Assembly (NCBI GenBank): GCA_014905635.1
Contig: JABVCE010000016.1
Span: forward strand, 558,001 to 622,000
Length of the DNA stretch: 64,000 nt
Reading direction: 5' to 3'
Source: Scenedesmus sp. PABB004
Lineage: Eukaryota
A program made the position numbers and the translations under genes. Below, piece after piece: positions 24,379 to 35,543 of the stretch; the stretch's first letter is position 1; the number at the start of each line of letters is the position of its first letter. The notes below the pieces were generated by a model. The model was not told where the DNA came from. It searched no databases and was given only the letters and a program-made list of their open reading frames with translations.

Positions 24379-27300
24379 ACCCGCCGACGCGCAGGCGCCA
24401 GCCGCCGCGCACGCCGCGGCCGGCGCCCAGCACGCTGCTGCCGCGCCGGGGGCGCGCGCGCTGCCGCCCATCGCCGCACCGGCGCCGGCCGACGAGCGCT
24501 GCTCGGTCGCGGCGCTGTGCCGGGGGCTGCGCTTTGACGGCGACATCACGCTCAAGGAGGTGGCCATGGCCTTCCAGCTGCGCGACGCGTATGACTGGGA
24601 CGAGGACCTCGAAGCCGCGGCCAAGGAGGTGCGCGCGGGCAGGCGCGGCGCCAGCGGGCAGGCACACACACAGGGGGGCAGGCCCTGGCGCGCCGCCCGC
24701 CGCCCGCCGCCCGGCACGAGGGACGCGCCTCGCCGCAGGCCGGCCGCGCGGCGGAGGACCCCCGCCTGAAGCTGCTGTCGCGCGCGCCGAGCAACTCCAA
24801 CTCCAGCGTCTGCCCCGACCCCGAGCCCGCGTCGGGCTTCCAGCAGCGCAGCACCTGGATGGCGGGCAACGGCCACGACGGCGCAAGCCCCGTGCCCCCG
24901 CTGCTGCAGGTGTGCTGCGGCCGCGCCCAGCGCGCCGCGCCGCCCGCCGCCCGCTGGCTCGCGCGCTGCGCTGGCCGCCCGGAGCCGCCGCGCCCGAGCT
25001 CGCCCCAACCCGCGCCGCCGCGCCCCTCCCCGCCTCGCCGCCAGGGCCAGCAGGCGCACAACAAGGGCGCCCGCAAGGCGCAGCAGCGCAGCGCGCGCGA
25101 CACGCTGCACCCGGGCGCCATGGTCGCGGGCGCGATTGCGCCCGCGCACCTGCAGCGCCTCCAGAAGCAGAGCGCCGTCGGCAGCCAGCCTGGCAGCATC
25201 AGCAGCAGCCGCCGCCCCTCGCTCGCGGGCTCGCCCGTCGACTTCCACGGCGGCGCATGTGAGCCCGGCCGCCTGGCCGTGCCGGCGCCGGCGCTGCTCC
25301 ACGCGGCGCTCAGCGCGGCGGCGGCGGAGCAGCAGGGCGGCCTGTGCCGCGGCGTCGCCGCGATGCTGCCAGGCCGCGCGGGCAGCGGGGGCGTGGCTGG
25401 GCTGCAGGCGGCGCTGGGCCACGAGACGGCCTGCCTGGCGGCACAGGGCACGCCCGAGGGCCGCGGCGCCCCGGGCGCACGGCGCAAGCGCAGGCGCGGC
25501 TCGGACGACGACTATGACCCACACAAGGCGCTGCCCGGCCACGGCGCGCGCCGCGCCGCCGGCGAGCTCCTGGTGCCCCTGCTGGCGCTGCAGCAGCATG
25601 CCGCGGCGCCGCCAGCCGGCCGCGCCGCGCGGTTCAGCGGCGACGGTGGCGCCGTGGCGGCCGCCGCCGCTGCGGCCGCCGGGTTTGCGATGCAGCAGGT
25701 GCTGCTGCTGCAGCAGATCGCCGCCAAGTCGGGCGCGCTCACCACGGCGCAAGCGCAGCAGCTGCAGCTCGCGCAGCTGCAGTTCCTGCAGGCGCAGCAG
25801 TTCAGCCTGGCTGCCGCTTCCACGGAGCTCGCTGAGGAGCAGGCGGCCGCCACCACCGCGAGCCACAGCGGCGCCGGCGGCCAGCGTGGGCAGCAGCGCG
25901 CGGCGCCGCCGGCGGGCGCTTCTGCGCCGCAGCAGCGGGGTTTGCCACAGCCGCAGCAGGCCATGCCGCAGCAGGCGCAGGTGCACTCCGTGCTGGGCAT
26001 GCACGAGGAGCGCAACGCGCGGCGCCCAAGCTATGTCAAGCGGCGGCTGGTCGCCGGCGACGCCCCCAGGGAGTGGCTGAACAGCCACGCGCTGGAGGAG
26101 GACAGCCTGGAGACCCTGGGCGGCGGCCTGCTGCCGCCGGGGCTGCCGCTGCTGGACGACGCGCCGCTCTTTGGCGGCTGCTCGCAGCTGCCGTCGCCGC
26201 AGCCTCAGGATCAGCTGCAGGCTCAGCAGGATGTGCAGCAGATGCAGCACGTGCAGCAGCAGCAGCAGCAGCAGCGGCCAGGCGGCACACCGCAGGCCAC
26301 CAGCCCTGTGCCTGCAGCGGTGCCGCCCGCCTGGCGCACGACGGCGACCGCCGGGCTTGCAGGCGCCGGCGCGGGCGCACGCCGGCAGGCGGCCGAGGGC
26401 GGCGACGCGCAGCGCGGCCGCCGCGTCCGCAAGCGGACCGAGGCGGGCCTGCAGTGGGACGCCGGTGGCTGGTCACGTGACGGCTCGCCCGTTTCGGGCT
26501 GGCAGAGCTCGGACGGCGAGGACGGCTTCGAGTCAGACGTGAGCGACGCTGACGTGGGCTACAGCGCGAGCGCCCACGCGCGCTCGAGCCGCGGCGGGCG
26601 CGGCGGTCGGCCGCGCGGGCGCGGCGGCCGCGGCGGCGCCGGCGGCAGGGCGGGCCGCGGTGCCGCGGCGAACGCGGCCGCGCTGCCGGCCGCGACGCCG
26701 GCGGCGCCGGCGGGCGACAGCCTGCAGCCGCACCCCGGCGCGTCGGGGTGCGCGCTGCTCGCCGCCGACGGCGGCGCCGTGCCGACCGCGCCAGGGGCCA
26801 GGCCGAGCGCGCGCGGCCGCTCCGGCAAGCGGAGCCGCGCCCGCAGCCTGAGCTCCCTGGCCACCGCGCCGCTGCCGGGCGACGCGCCTGGCACGGAGGG
26901 CAGCGGCGCGGAAGAGCTCGCGTTGACCCTGCCCGCGGCAGGCGGTCAGGCGGGCGCGGGCACGCGAGGCCGCGGTCGCTCGGGCAGGGGGCGCAGCGGG
27001 CGCCCGCGCTCGCAGCCGACAGGCGGCCAGCCGCGCGCGCGGCCGCCGAGCCTCGGCGGCCGCGGCATGCCGCCGCCGCTCAGCAGCAGCAGCAGCGACG
27101 CCGCGCCCCCGCTCGTGCAGCAGTCCAGGGCGTTGCTGGCGGCCTCGTTTGGCAGCAGCGGCGGCAGCGCGGCGCGGCGCAGCGCGTCCGGCGACGCCTC
27201 TGGGCCGCGCCAGCGCCAGCACCAGCAGCCGGCGCAGCCCCAGCAGCCCCAGCAGCAGCAGCAGCGGGGGCTGGCCAGCATGCCTCCCTGGTTTGCGGCA

Positions 27301-27666
27301 GGGCTGCAGGACCAGGCGCCGCTGGCGGGCGCCGCCGCGGCCGGCCTGCCCTCGCCGCTGAGCGCCATGCAGCTCGAGGAGCAGCTGCTGCTGTCGCAGC
27401 AGCAGCGCGGCCTAACCTCGCCCGGCGGGCCGCGGTCGCGCCGCTCGTCGCTGGGCCTGCCGGGCGCGCAGGGGCGGCACAGCAGCGGGCAGCTCGCCGC
27501 GACGCCGGCGCGGCACTCGGGCGCACGGCTGTCCTCCGGCGCGCGCGGCTGGGCGACGGGGCGCGGGGAGCACACGCCGCCGGCGCTGGCCCCCGCTGAC
27601 GAGCCTATGGGCGAGGCCGAGCTGGGGCCCGCTCGCGGCGAGGGCGAGCTCAGCAGGCTGGGCTGA
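22227..27666 (+). CDS. Large Q/A/G-rich nuclear protein with an AT-hook. Introns at 24629-24738 and from about 24910; unresolved frame change at about 23400-23475.
   Basis: RRRPGRPPK AT-hook at about 22983-23009, poly-Q tracts, basic NLS-like clusters (RKRSR, RRKRRR), and a long terminal exon. Confidence 0.55.
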
Positions 27667-28362
27667 CCGCCTGGCACCGGGCTGCGCCAGGGCTGGGCGG
27701 GCCAGCCAGCGCGGAGCAAACGGCGGCCGCGCGAACGAGAGGGCGGCCGCGCGAGGCACGGCACTCCGGCTCTTGCGCGCACGCGCGGGCAATAATAAGT
27801 GAGAGCACCGTCCTCCCTGGGCTGCAACGAGGCCGGCCCAGGGCGTGTGACGCGCGCCCGCAAGCCGCTGCAGCGTGTGCTGGCGGCGGCGGCGGCGGCG
27901 GCCGGCGGCGGCCGGCGCCGGGCGTGGGCGAGCGAACGCGTGTTGTGCGTGGCAGGTGCACCGATCTTTCATCACCATCAATCGCGCCCGCCGGGCTCCC
28001 CGTGGGCTGGGCGGCACGCACGTTCACTCTATGACCCCTCCCCCTCCTCTGCTTCCCACACTTGACTGCGACGGACGGCGGCTGCAGCGGCGATGGCGAC
28101 GGCCGGGCGGGGGCGGCGGGCGAGCCTGGGCGCGCCGCGCGGCGCCGGGCGGCGCACGCCCAGTTTGCAGGACTTCGATTGGACTGGGGCCCCGGGTGCA
28201 ACAAACGGACGATGGCGGGGCGGCGCTCAACACAGGGCCGGCAGCGCTCGCCAAAACCGCAGGCGGCTGCCCGCAGACCTGAACCACCGCTGCGCTTCGC
28301 AGGGGCGCCAGTTCTGTGCGGCCCTGGCACCCAACGCACGTCGCACGCACGTCCCACGCACC

Positions 28363-30408
28363 ATGGCGCGCCGCCGCGGCGCGGCCGCGGCCGCCGCGCT
28401 GATCGCCGTCTGCGCGAGCCTGGTTGGCTGCGCCGCGCAGCAGAGCCTCGCCACTGGATTCGTCGAGTCTAAGGGCGTTCTCGCGAGGCGTGCCGGTGCG
28501 CCTGCTGCTCCTGGGAGCTGCGAGCGAGCCGCCGCCGCGCGCAGCGGCAGCAGCTCCGCCCGCGCCGCCGGCGGGTCCCGCCGCTGGTCCGGGAGCTTGG
28601 GAGATGGCTTATCTCACTATTACAAGCGGTGCCGGGGTGCCGCGCGCCGTCCCGATCCCGCGCCGCGCCGCAGCCGCCGCGCGCAGGCCGCCCGCCGCGG
28701 AAGACATCCTCGTGTCGCGCAAGTTCGCCGCCAAGCCCCTGGCGTCGCGCGTGCCCGACGAGCACATCATCCTGACCTCGGCCGATGTGCGGCCCGTCCT
28801 CTCGCGGTGCGCCCCGGCGCGCGCGGTGCGCCCCTGCCTGGCCGGCCGCGCCGCCCGCCCAGGCACCCACGCGCCGCCGTCGCCGCCGCCGCGCGCGCAG
28901 TCACCTGCGCGGCGCGCGCGTCAAGACCGTCTTCACCGGGCTCCCCGGCTTCAGCGGCGCGGCGGTGCAGGGGCGCCTGACCAACGCGACGCTGCGCGCC
29001 CTGCTGGCCGACCCCCGGGTCTCGCTCGTGGAGGAGGTCAGCGTGGTCTCGGCGCTCGGCGGCGGCGGCGGCGGCGTGGCCGCGTCGGCGATCCAGGCCA
29101 GCCCGCCCTGGAACCTCGACCGCATCGGTGAGGCGGCGACAACGGCAGCCCGTCAGCCCGGGCGTGCGCAGCTCCCCCCCTCGACCGCGCGCCCCGCGCT
29201 GCGCGCGACCCGGCCGGCGGCCGCGCCGCAGACGAGCGCGACCTCCCGCTTGACGGCAAGTACTCGTTCTCCTCCTGCACCTGCCCGCTCAAGGCCGGCA
29301 ACGGGACATGGATCTACGTCATCGACACGGTGCGCGCGCCGCGGCCGCGGCACAGCAGGGCGGGGCCGCGGGGCCGAGGCAGCGCAGCCTGCAGGCCTCA
29401 GCTGGTGACCGCCGCGGCCCCGAGGGCCCCGCGGGCCCGGCGCGCGCGCTGCGCGCCGCGCGCGCTGCGCGCCGCGCGCGCTGCGCGAGGCCGCCGCGCC
29501 GCCGGGGCGTGCGCCGCAGGGCGTGCGCCGCACGCACGCCGACTTTGGCGGCCGCGGCCGCACCGGCGCGTTCTGGCCCTACCCCGGCGTGGACAGCGAC
29601 CTGGACCTCAACGGCCACGGTGCGTCGCAGCGCCAGGCGCTCAGGCCGGCGCGCGATCCCCGACCGAGCGGGCCAGCCGCCGGCCGCCGCGCGCGGCGCA
29701 TCGCGCGCGGCGTGCTGGCCCACCACCGCGCGCGCCCTGCTCCCTGCAGGCACCCACGTCGCCGGCACGGCCGCGAGCCGCACCTACGGCGTGGCCAAGG
29801 CCGCTCTTGTGGTGCCGGTCAAGGTGCTCGACGACAGCGGCAGCGGCACGAACGACGCCGTCGCCGCGGGCATCGCGTGGGCGCTGTCCGACCCGCGGCC
29901 GGGCAGCAACGCGCTCAAGGTGCTGTCGATGAGCCTCGGCGGGCCGCGCAGCGAGGCGCTCGACGCCGCCGTGTATTCCGCCTACCTGGCCGGCGCGGTG
30001 GTGGTCGCCGCGGCCGGCAACGACGGCGCCGACGCGTGCGGGACCTCGCCCGCCGGAGCGCGCGGCGCGCTCGCGGTGGGCGCGACGACGCGCACCGACG
30101 CGCGCGCGGCCTTTTCGAACTTCGGCACGTGCGTCGCGCTCTTCGCGCCGGGGAACGACGTGCCGTCGCTCTCCCACCTCAGCGACACGAGCACCGCGCC
30201 GGTGGTGCTCTCGGGCACGTCGATGGCGGCGCCCGCCGTCGCGGGCGTGGCGGCGCGGGTGATCGCGTCGGGCGCGTGCGCCCGGGGCGTCGAGGCCAAC
30301 GACTGCGTGGCGGACCGCCTGCTCGCCGACGCGACGCGCGGCAGGGTGTCTGACCGCGGGCCGCGCAGCCCGAACCGGCTGCTGTTCCGCGCCGCCACCG
30401 TGGCCTGA
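28363..30408 (+). CDS. Secreted subtilisin (S8A, proteinase K-like) with pro-domain; about 5 introns
   Basis: Signal peptide, PWNLDRID, catalytic motifs IYVIDTGV, NGHGTHVAG, AAGN and SGTSMAAP, and C-terminal SPNRLL. Confidence 0.93.
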
Positions 30409-30922
30409 GCCGTCGCGGGCCCTGTTGCGCGCACCATGAATAAGCGAGGCCCGGTTACCTCTGCCGCCCGCCGGGCGGCTCACTTGAGTGCATCAGTTGC
30501 AGCAGCAGTGTGATCTGTGCAGGGCTGTACAGACACATGGTGCACCACCAGCCGGCCAGTGCAGGCCTGCGTGCTGCGGTGCACAGCACGCGCGGCGGCG
30601 CCACGGCGCGCACAGTTTTGTTGCCCGGGGGTGGCGTTCAGTTGCGTCAGCGCAGGTCGGGCCTGGGCTGGCGGGCGGCGCGCTCGTAAAAGGCGTCGGC
30701 GGAGGTCGACTCCGCAGCAACGCCGACCGCGGCCCAGGCGCAGCCTGCGGCGCGCGCCGCGGCTCGCAGCTCCGCGAGGCTAGGCCCCAGGGCACCGCGG
30801 GACAGTGTCACTATCAGCGCATCGTTGCCGAACGGCAGCCGCGCGCGCCGGGCAGCAAACGGCGCCGCGCGCTCCGTGCACGGAGCCGCCATGTGGCGGG
30901 CGCGGCTGGCCGCGGCAGCGCG

Positions 30923-30927
30923 TGTAA
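30923..30927 (+). promoter_or_regulatory. TGTAA poly(A) signal candidate (subtilisin); a convergent minus-strand TGTAA lies at 31059-31063
   Basis: Opposed TGTAA motifs between two convergent genes. Confidence 0.4.
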
Positions 30928-31401
30928 GCGCAACCGGGAGGTCTGGCACACTGCCCGGGCGACGACCGGGGGCCTGACGGGCCGCCTGCGCGCCGCGCAG
31001 CCGGTACGCGCGGGACGTCCTGCCGCCGGGTGAGCTGCGGACGCGCGACGCGATCAACTTACACGCCGTCGCCTAAGCTGGCCGCGCGCCACAGGCAACA
31101 AGAATACGCTGCTGTACAACTGCCGGGCGCTCTGGAGCCGCTGCGCTTGTGCAGCGCGGTGTGCGGCGAGCGCGGCGCGGTGGGGCAGAAAAAGGCAGGG
31201 GCACGCGGGCAGGAGCACGCAGGCAAAGCACGGTCTGCAATGCGCTTATTGGCGCGCAGCCAATCCGGCTGCGCCGGCGCGCCCGCTGCGCGAGGGCGTG
31301 CTGCGCGGGGCCGCGCGGCCGCGCGGCGCCGGCCCGGCGCCGCCGTCGCCGCACCGGCTGCACGGCCGGGCGCGCGGCACGGTCATAGGGTGCCCTCGTG
31401 C

Positions 31402-32562
31402 TCAGCCCGAGCCCTCCGCCTGCTTGCCGGGCGCGAGGCTGGCCTTAATGATGCCCGCGAACTCGCCCCCGAGCGCCGCGGTGAGCTGCGCGACCCACAC
31501 AAAGCCGAGGCCGCGCGCGAGGCGCACCGAGAACCCGACGCCCATCTCGGCGCCGAGCTGCCGCGCCGACGCGGTGCCGCCGGCCCTGATCATCTGTGGG
31601 CGCGGCGGCGACGCGCGGGCGGGCGTGGGCGCGCGCGCGGGCGGGCGCGGGCGCAGGCGCGGGCGCGGGCGGGCACGGGCGGCGCGGGCGGCCGCGGCAC
31701 AGCAGCTGCGCGTGTCGCCGCGCTGCCGCGTGCTGCTGCCGCGCGTCGCCGCACCGCCACGTTGTACTTGACGCCCAGCTCCTTGAGCAGGGCCGAGGAA
31801 AACCCGGGTCCGGCGGCGCGGAACGTCCCCGCCGCGGTGGCGGGGCCGGCCGCGTTCATCATTGCCGCCAGGAACTGCGCGCCGCAGTCGCGGAGCATCG
31901 CGCCGAGAAAGTCGATGCCTAGCTCCGCGAACAGCCCCGCCGCCCACTCGGTGCCCGCCGCCGCGAGCAGGCCGCCCGCGAAGGGCGCGCCCATCTCGCG
32001 GAAGAGCTCGGGCGCAAACGCCGGCTGCTCCGGCGCGCTGATGAGGCGCGCGACCGCGGCGGGGCCGAGCGCAGTGAACAGCGCGGCGGCCTCGCGCTCC
32101 CCCAGGCCGCGCAGCTGCGCGGCCGTCGCGGCCGGGCCCTGCGCCGCCCACGTCGCCGCGATGGCGGCGAGGCCGTCGGCGCAGATGTGGTCGACCAGCT
32201 CCGCGACTGCGCGTGCGGCGCCGCGCGGCGGTGTCGCGGCGCGTCAGCGCTGCTCGCGCGCCGCGCCGCGCCGGCGGTTGCGCGGCGACGCGCCGCCCGC
32301 CGCCGCGGCCGCGCGCACCTGACACCGGGCGCTCCTCCAGCAGCAGCCCGCGGTGCTCGGCGCCCGCGCGCGGCGGCGGCGACGGGCGCTGCTGCTCCGC
32401 CGGCGCCGCGTCGGCCCAGGCGCCGCCAGCCAGCTCGGCGGCGCGCTCCCGCGCGTCCGGGGCGCGCGTGCTCCGTCGTCGCGGCGCGCACGGGCGGTGC
32501 GGGGCCGCGGGCGCGGACTGGCGGGCGCCAACGCCGCTGGTCCCTCGCCGCGCCAGCGCCAT
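31402..32562 (-). CDS. Hypothetical protein built of 12-residue helical repeats. Introns at 32207-32318 and 31594-31754.
   Basis: Spliced product has at least 11 consecutive 12-mers with Gly at position 2, and an R/A/S-rich transit-like N-terminus. Confidence 0.7.
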   Translation of the reverse strand: MALARRGTSGVGARQSAPAAPHRPCAPRRRSTRAPDARERAAELAGGAWADAAPAEQQRPSPPPRAGAEHRGLLLEERPVSGARGRGGGRRVAAQPPARRGARAALTRRDTAARRRTRSRGAGRPHLRRRPRRHRGDVGGAGPGRDGRAAARPGGARGRRAVHCARPRRGRAPHQRAGAAGVCARALPRDGRALRGRPARGGGHRVGGGAVRGARHRLSRRDAPRLRRAVPGGNDERGRPRHRGGDVPRRRTRVFLGPAQGAGRQVQRGGAATRGSSTRQRGDTRSCCAAAARAARARPRPRLRPRPPARAPTPARASPPRPQMIRAGGTASARQLGAEMGVGFSVRLARGLGFVWVAQLTAALGGEFAGIIKASLAPGKQAEGSG

Positions 32563-32956
32563 GGCGCCCGAGCGGCCGCTGCGAGAGCCCGGCGAGAGCC
32601 CGGCGAGAGAGCCAACGGGCTGGGCGCGCGGCGTGCGGCGTGCGGGCTGGCGCGGTGCGTCGGGGCGTCGGGAGCTGCTGCCCCGGCGACGACGAGCGTG
32701 ACGCGCGCGTGGCGGTGCGCGGGGCAATGGCGCCGGCGGCGGCGGTGGCGGCGGGCGGTTGCGACGACGACGGCGTCGGCGGGGCTCAAGCCGCGCCGCC
32801 GTCGCTGTCCATTCCTCCCCCCGGGCTCCCCGGGCTGGCCAGAGCGCCCCGGGCAGCTGTCTGCACCGCCGCACGCGCCGCGCACGCCGCACCCGGCCGC
32901 TCGCCGTTCAAGCGCTGCAGCCGCTGCGCGCGCAGCTGCGTCGCGGCGGCGGCGCG

Positions 32957-33433
32957 ATGGCGAAGATAACGGCCTTCTTCGCCCCCCTGACGCAGGAGCA
33001 GCAGCAGCAGCAGCAGCAGCCGCGCAGGCAGACGGCGCAGCGCCAGGCGCGCATAGCCGACTGCGCGGGCGTCGTGCTCCTGCCGGCGCAGAGCGCCGAC
33101 GGCGCGGAGCTCGCGCGCCTGCTCGCGGCGCTGAGCGCGCCGCCGGGCGCGCCGGGCGCGCTCGCGGGCGTGCGCGGCGCGCTGCGCCAGCTCGCCTGCT
33201 ACCGCCTGGGAGAGGAGCAGCTGGCCGCGACGCCGCAGCTGGGCCGGACGCTGAAGGGCCTGCGCGCGCACCACGACGACGAGGTCGCGCGCCTCGCGGC
33301 GCGCCTGGTCGAGCAGCTGCGGCGCGAGGTCGCCGACGCCGCCGCGCGGCGCCGCCGGCGGCCGGGCGCGGCGGCGGCCGCGGCGGCGCGCGCGAGGGCT
33401 GGCAGCGCGTCGGCGTCGGGCAGCTTAGGTTAA
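32957..33433 (+). CDS. Intronless TFIIS N-terminal (Med26/LW) domain protein with an N-terminal PIP-box-like motif
   Basis: MAKITAFF; LRQLACYRLGEEQLAATPQLGRTLKGLRAHHDDEVARLAARLVEQLR. Confidence 0.7.
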   Translation: MAKITAFFAPLTQEQQQQQQQPRRQTAQRQARIADCAGVVLLPAQSADGAELARLLAALSAPPGAPGALAGVRGALRQLACYRLGEEQLAATPQLGRTLKGLRAHHDDEVARLAARLVEQLRREVADAAARRRRRPGAAAAAAARARAGSASASGSLG

Positions 33434-33791
33434 CCTCACGTCCCCCCGCTGTGCTGCTAGTATTAGCGTCCCCGCGCTAGTGGCGCGCAAGCAACCAACG
33501 CCCCCGTCCGCCCCGCCCCCGCAACTGGCACGCGCCCGCTGTCACCAGCCGCGGTCAAAGAATCGCCCCACGCCGGCACCGGACCCCGCCCCACCGCTGG
33601 CTCGCTCGCTGCCCCGCGCGACCACCACCCGCCCAGCCGCTGGCTTGCCACACCTCGTCGCATCCCCCCCCCCCCCCTGCGCTGCTGCCGCCTCGTCGGA
33701 CGCGCCGCCAGCGCGCTGCCACGTCTGCTGCCCCGCCTGCTGCCCCGCCTGCCGGCCGTCGCGCGCCCGCTGCGCCGCCGCCGCCCGTGGG

Positions 33792-35254
33792 TCACGCCAC
33801 CGCCGTGCGCGGCAGCACCGCGGTGCTCGCGGTGCCGAGCGCGGGCGGCGGGCCGCCAAACGCGGCCGCGTCGAGCGCGGCGTCGCGCAGCACGGTCGCG
33901 TCGTCGACGTGGGCCATCACGCCGAAGTGGGGCCTGCGCTGCGGCGCGGGGCCGCAGGCGGCGCGGGGCGGCCGTGAGAGCCCGCGGCGCGCGAGGGGCG
34001 CGCGCCGCGCCGGCCCGGGTGCCGCCGGCGCCGCGCCGGCGCGGCCCCGGGCCCGCACCTCGTGGGCAGGTGCTTCTTGGCCTCCTCGAAGCGCACGCCC
34101 AGGTCGCGGAGCGCGGCCGCGTCGAGCGCGTCGCGCAGCGCGGGCAGCATGCTGTGCTCCTCCTCGTGGCTGTGCTCCAGGAAGGTCTGGGCGCGCGCGG
34201 GCGCGCGTCGGCGCGCGCGGGCGCGCGTCGGCGCGGCGCGGCGCCGTCGTCTCGCACCGCCCCTCTGCCGCCGCGCCCTAGCCACGCACGTGGGCACGTG
34301 CGCACAGACACGCATCAACACTCGCAGGCAAGCACACGCGCACACGCGCACAGCACACCCAGCACACCCAGCACACCCAGCACACCCCCGCACCTCCATG
34401 AGCTGGTGCAGCTTGGCCTCGAAGTCCTCGCCCGGGGCCATGGCCGCGAGGTCAGAGGCAAAGAGCTTGAGCGAGTCGTGCTCGTCCGCCGCGTGCTCCG
34501 CCATGTGCGCCTCGACCGCCTCCGCCACGACCGGGTACACCACCTGGCGCGGGGGGGGGGGGGGGGGGGGGGGGCGCAGGTGAGGGGCGGCGGGCGGCGG
34601 CGGGCGGCGGGGGCGCGGCGGGCGCGCGCGAGGGGCGGCGGGCGCGCGCGAGGGGCGGCGGGCGGGGGCGGGAGCGAGGGCGGCAGCAAGCGCGGGCGCG
34701 GGCCGCGGTGGCGGGCGCATGCAGTCGCGCGCACCTGCTCCTCGGCCAGCATGTGGACAGTCAACTCGCGCAGCAGCTGGAGCACGAGGAGCTGGCGCTC
34801 CGCGGGCGTGTCGGTGGGGTCGCGGTAGCGGCGGTAGAGGCCCTTGATCCTGCAGGCCGCGCGGGCGGGAGGGTGGGCGGGCGGGGCGGGCGCGGCGGCG
34901 GCGCGTTGGCGCGCCACGCGGGCGGGCGCGGCAGCGGCGCCGCGGCCGGCGCGCGCCGGCGTCCCCCGCTGTCGGAGAGGAATTGCACCTGTCGTGGTCG
35001 TTGGGGAGGAGCTCCAGGATGGACATCGCGTCCTGCGCGGCGCGCGGCATGGCAGCGGCGGCGCGCCGCGGCGCGCTGAGCGGGCGCGGCCGTGTCGGGC
35101 CGGGCGCGGTGGATCGAGGGCCGCTCACCACGTCGCTGGGGCCCGGCGTCTCGTCGCGCTCGACGTCCTGCGCGCCCGCGGGGGCCTCCGGGACGGGCGC
35201 GCCCTTCTCCTGCGCCTCCTGCGCCTCAGCGGGCGGTGCCGACGCGTCCGCCAT
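33792..35254 (-). CDS. Hemerythrin-like (HHE) cation-binding protein; 5 GT-AG introns
   Basis: DHDRIK, HMLAEEQVVYP, EHD, HSHEEEHSMLP and C-terminal KKHLPTRPH. Confidence 0.85.
34351..34388. repeat. (CAGCACACC)x4 intronic tandem repeat
   Basis: Read directly from the sequence, next to the donor site. Confidence 0.85.
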
Positions 35255-35543
35255 CGCGTCAATGCACCGGTGCGGGCAGTCGGGAGGGCTGCGCGCGCCG
35301 GTGTGCGCCGGGGCGAGCGGGGGCTTCCGGAATTGGCGGGCGCGCGCTGTGCGTCGTGCGTCTGTCGTAATATGTCACGTCGACACCTCCGCTCGCGCGC
35401 CAATCGGCGGGCGGACGCCGCGGCGGCGGCGCGTGCCGGTTAAAACGCGGCCGGTCGCGCGCCAGGTGGCGGCGCGTTTGCATCTAGGCTCGACGCGACG
35501 CAGCTGGTCCCAGCCTGCCCGCCGCAACACGCCTCTGCGCCCC

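Noticed and set aside
28488..28686. GC donor for subtilisin intron 1
   Set aside because: A canonical GT donor at 28496 with the acceptor near 28673 also restores the frame, so it was not counted.
34551..34574. Poly-G runs (also 4758-4770 and 60336-60358) as functional G-quadruplexes
   Set aside because: Homopolymer length is unreliable and there is no independent support.
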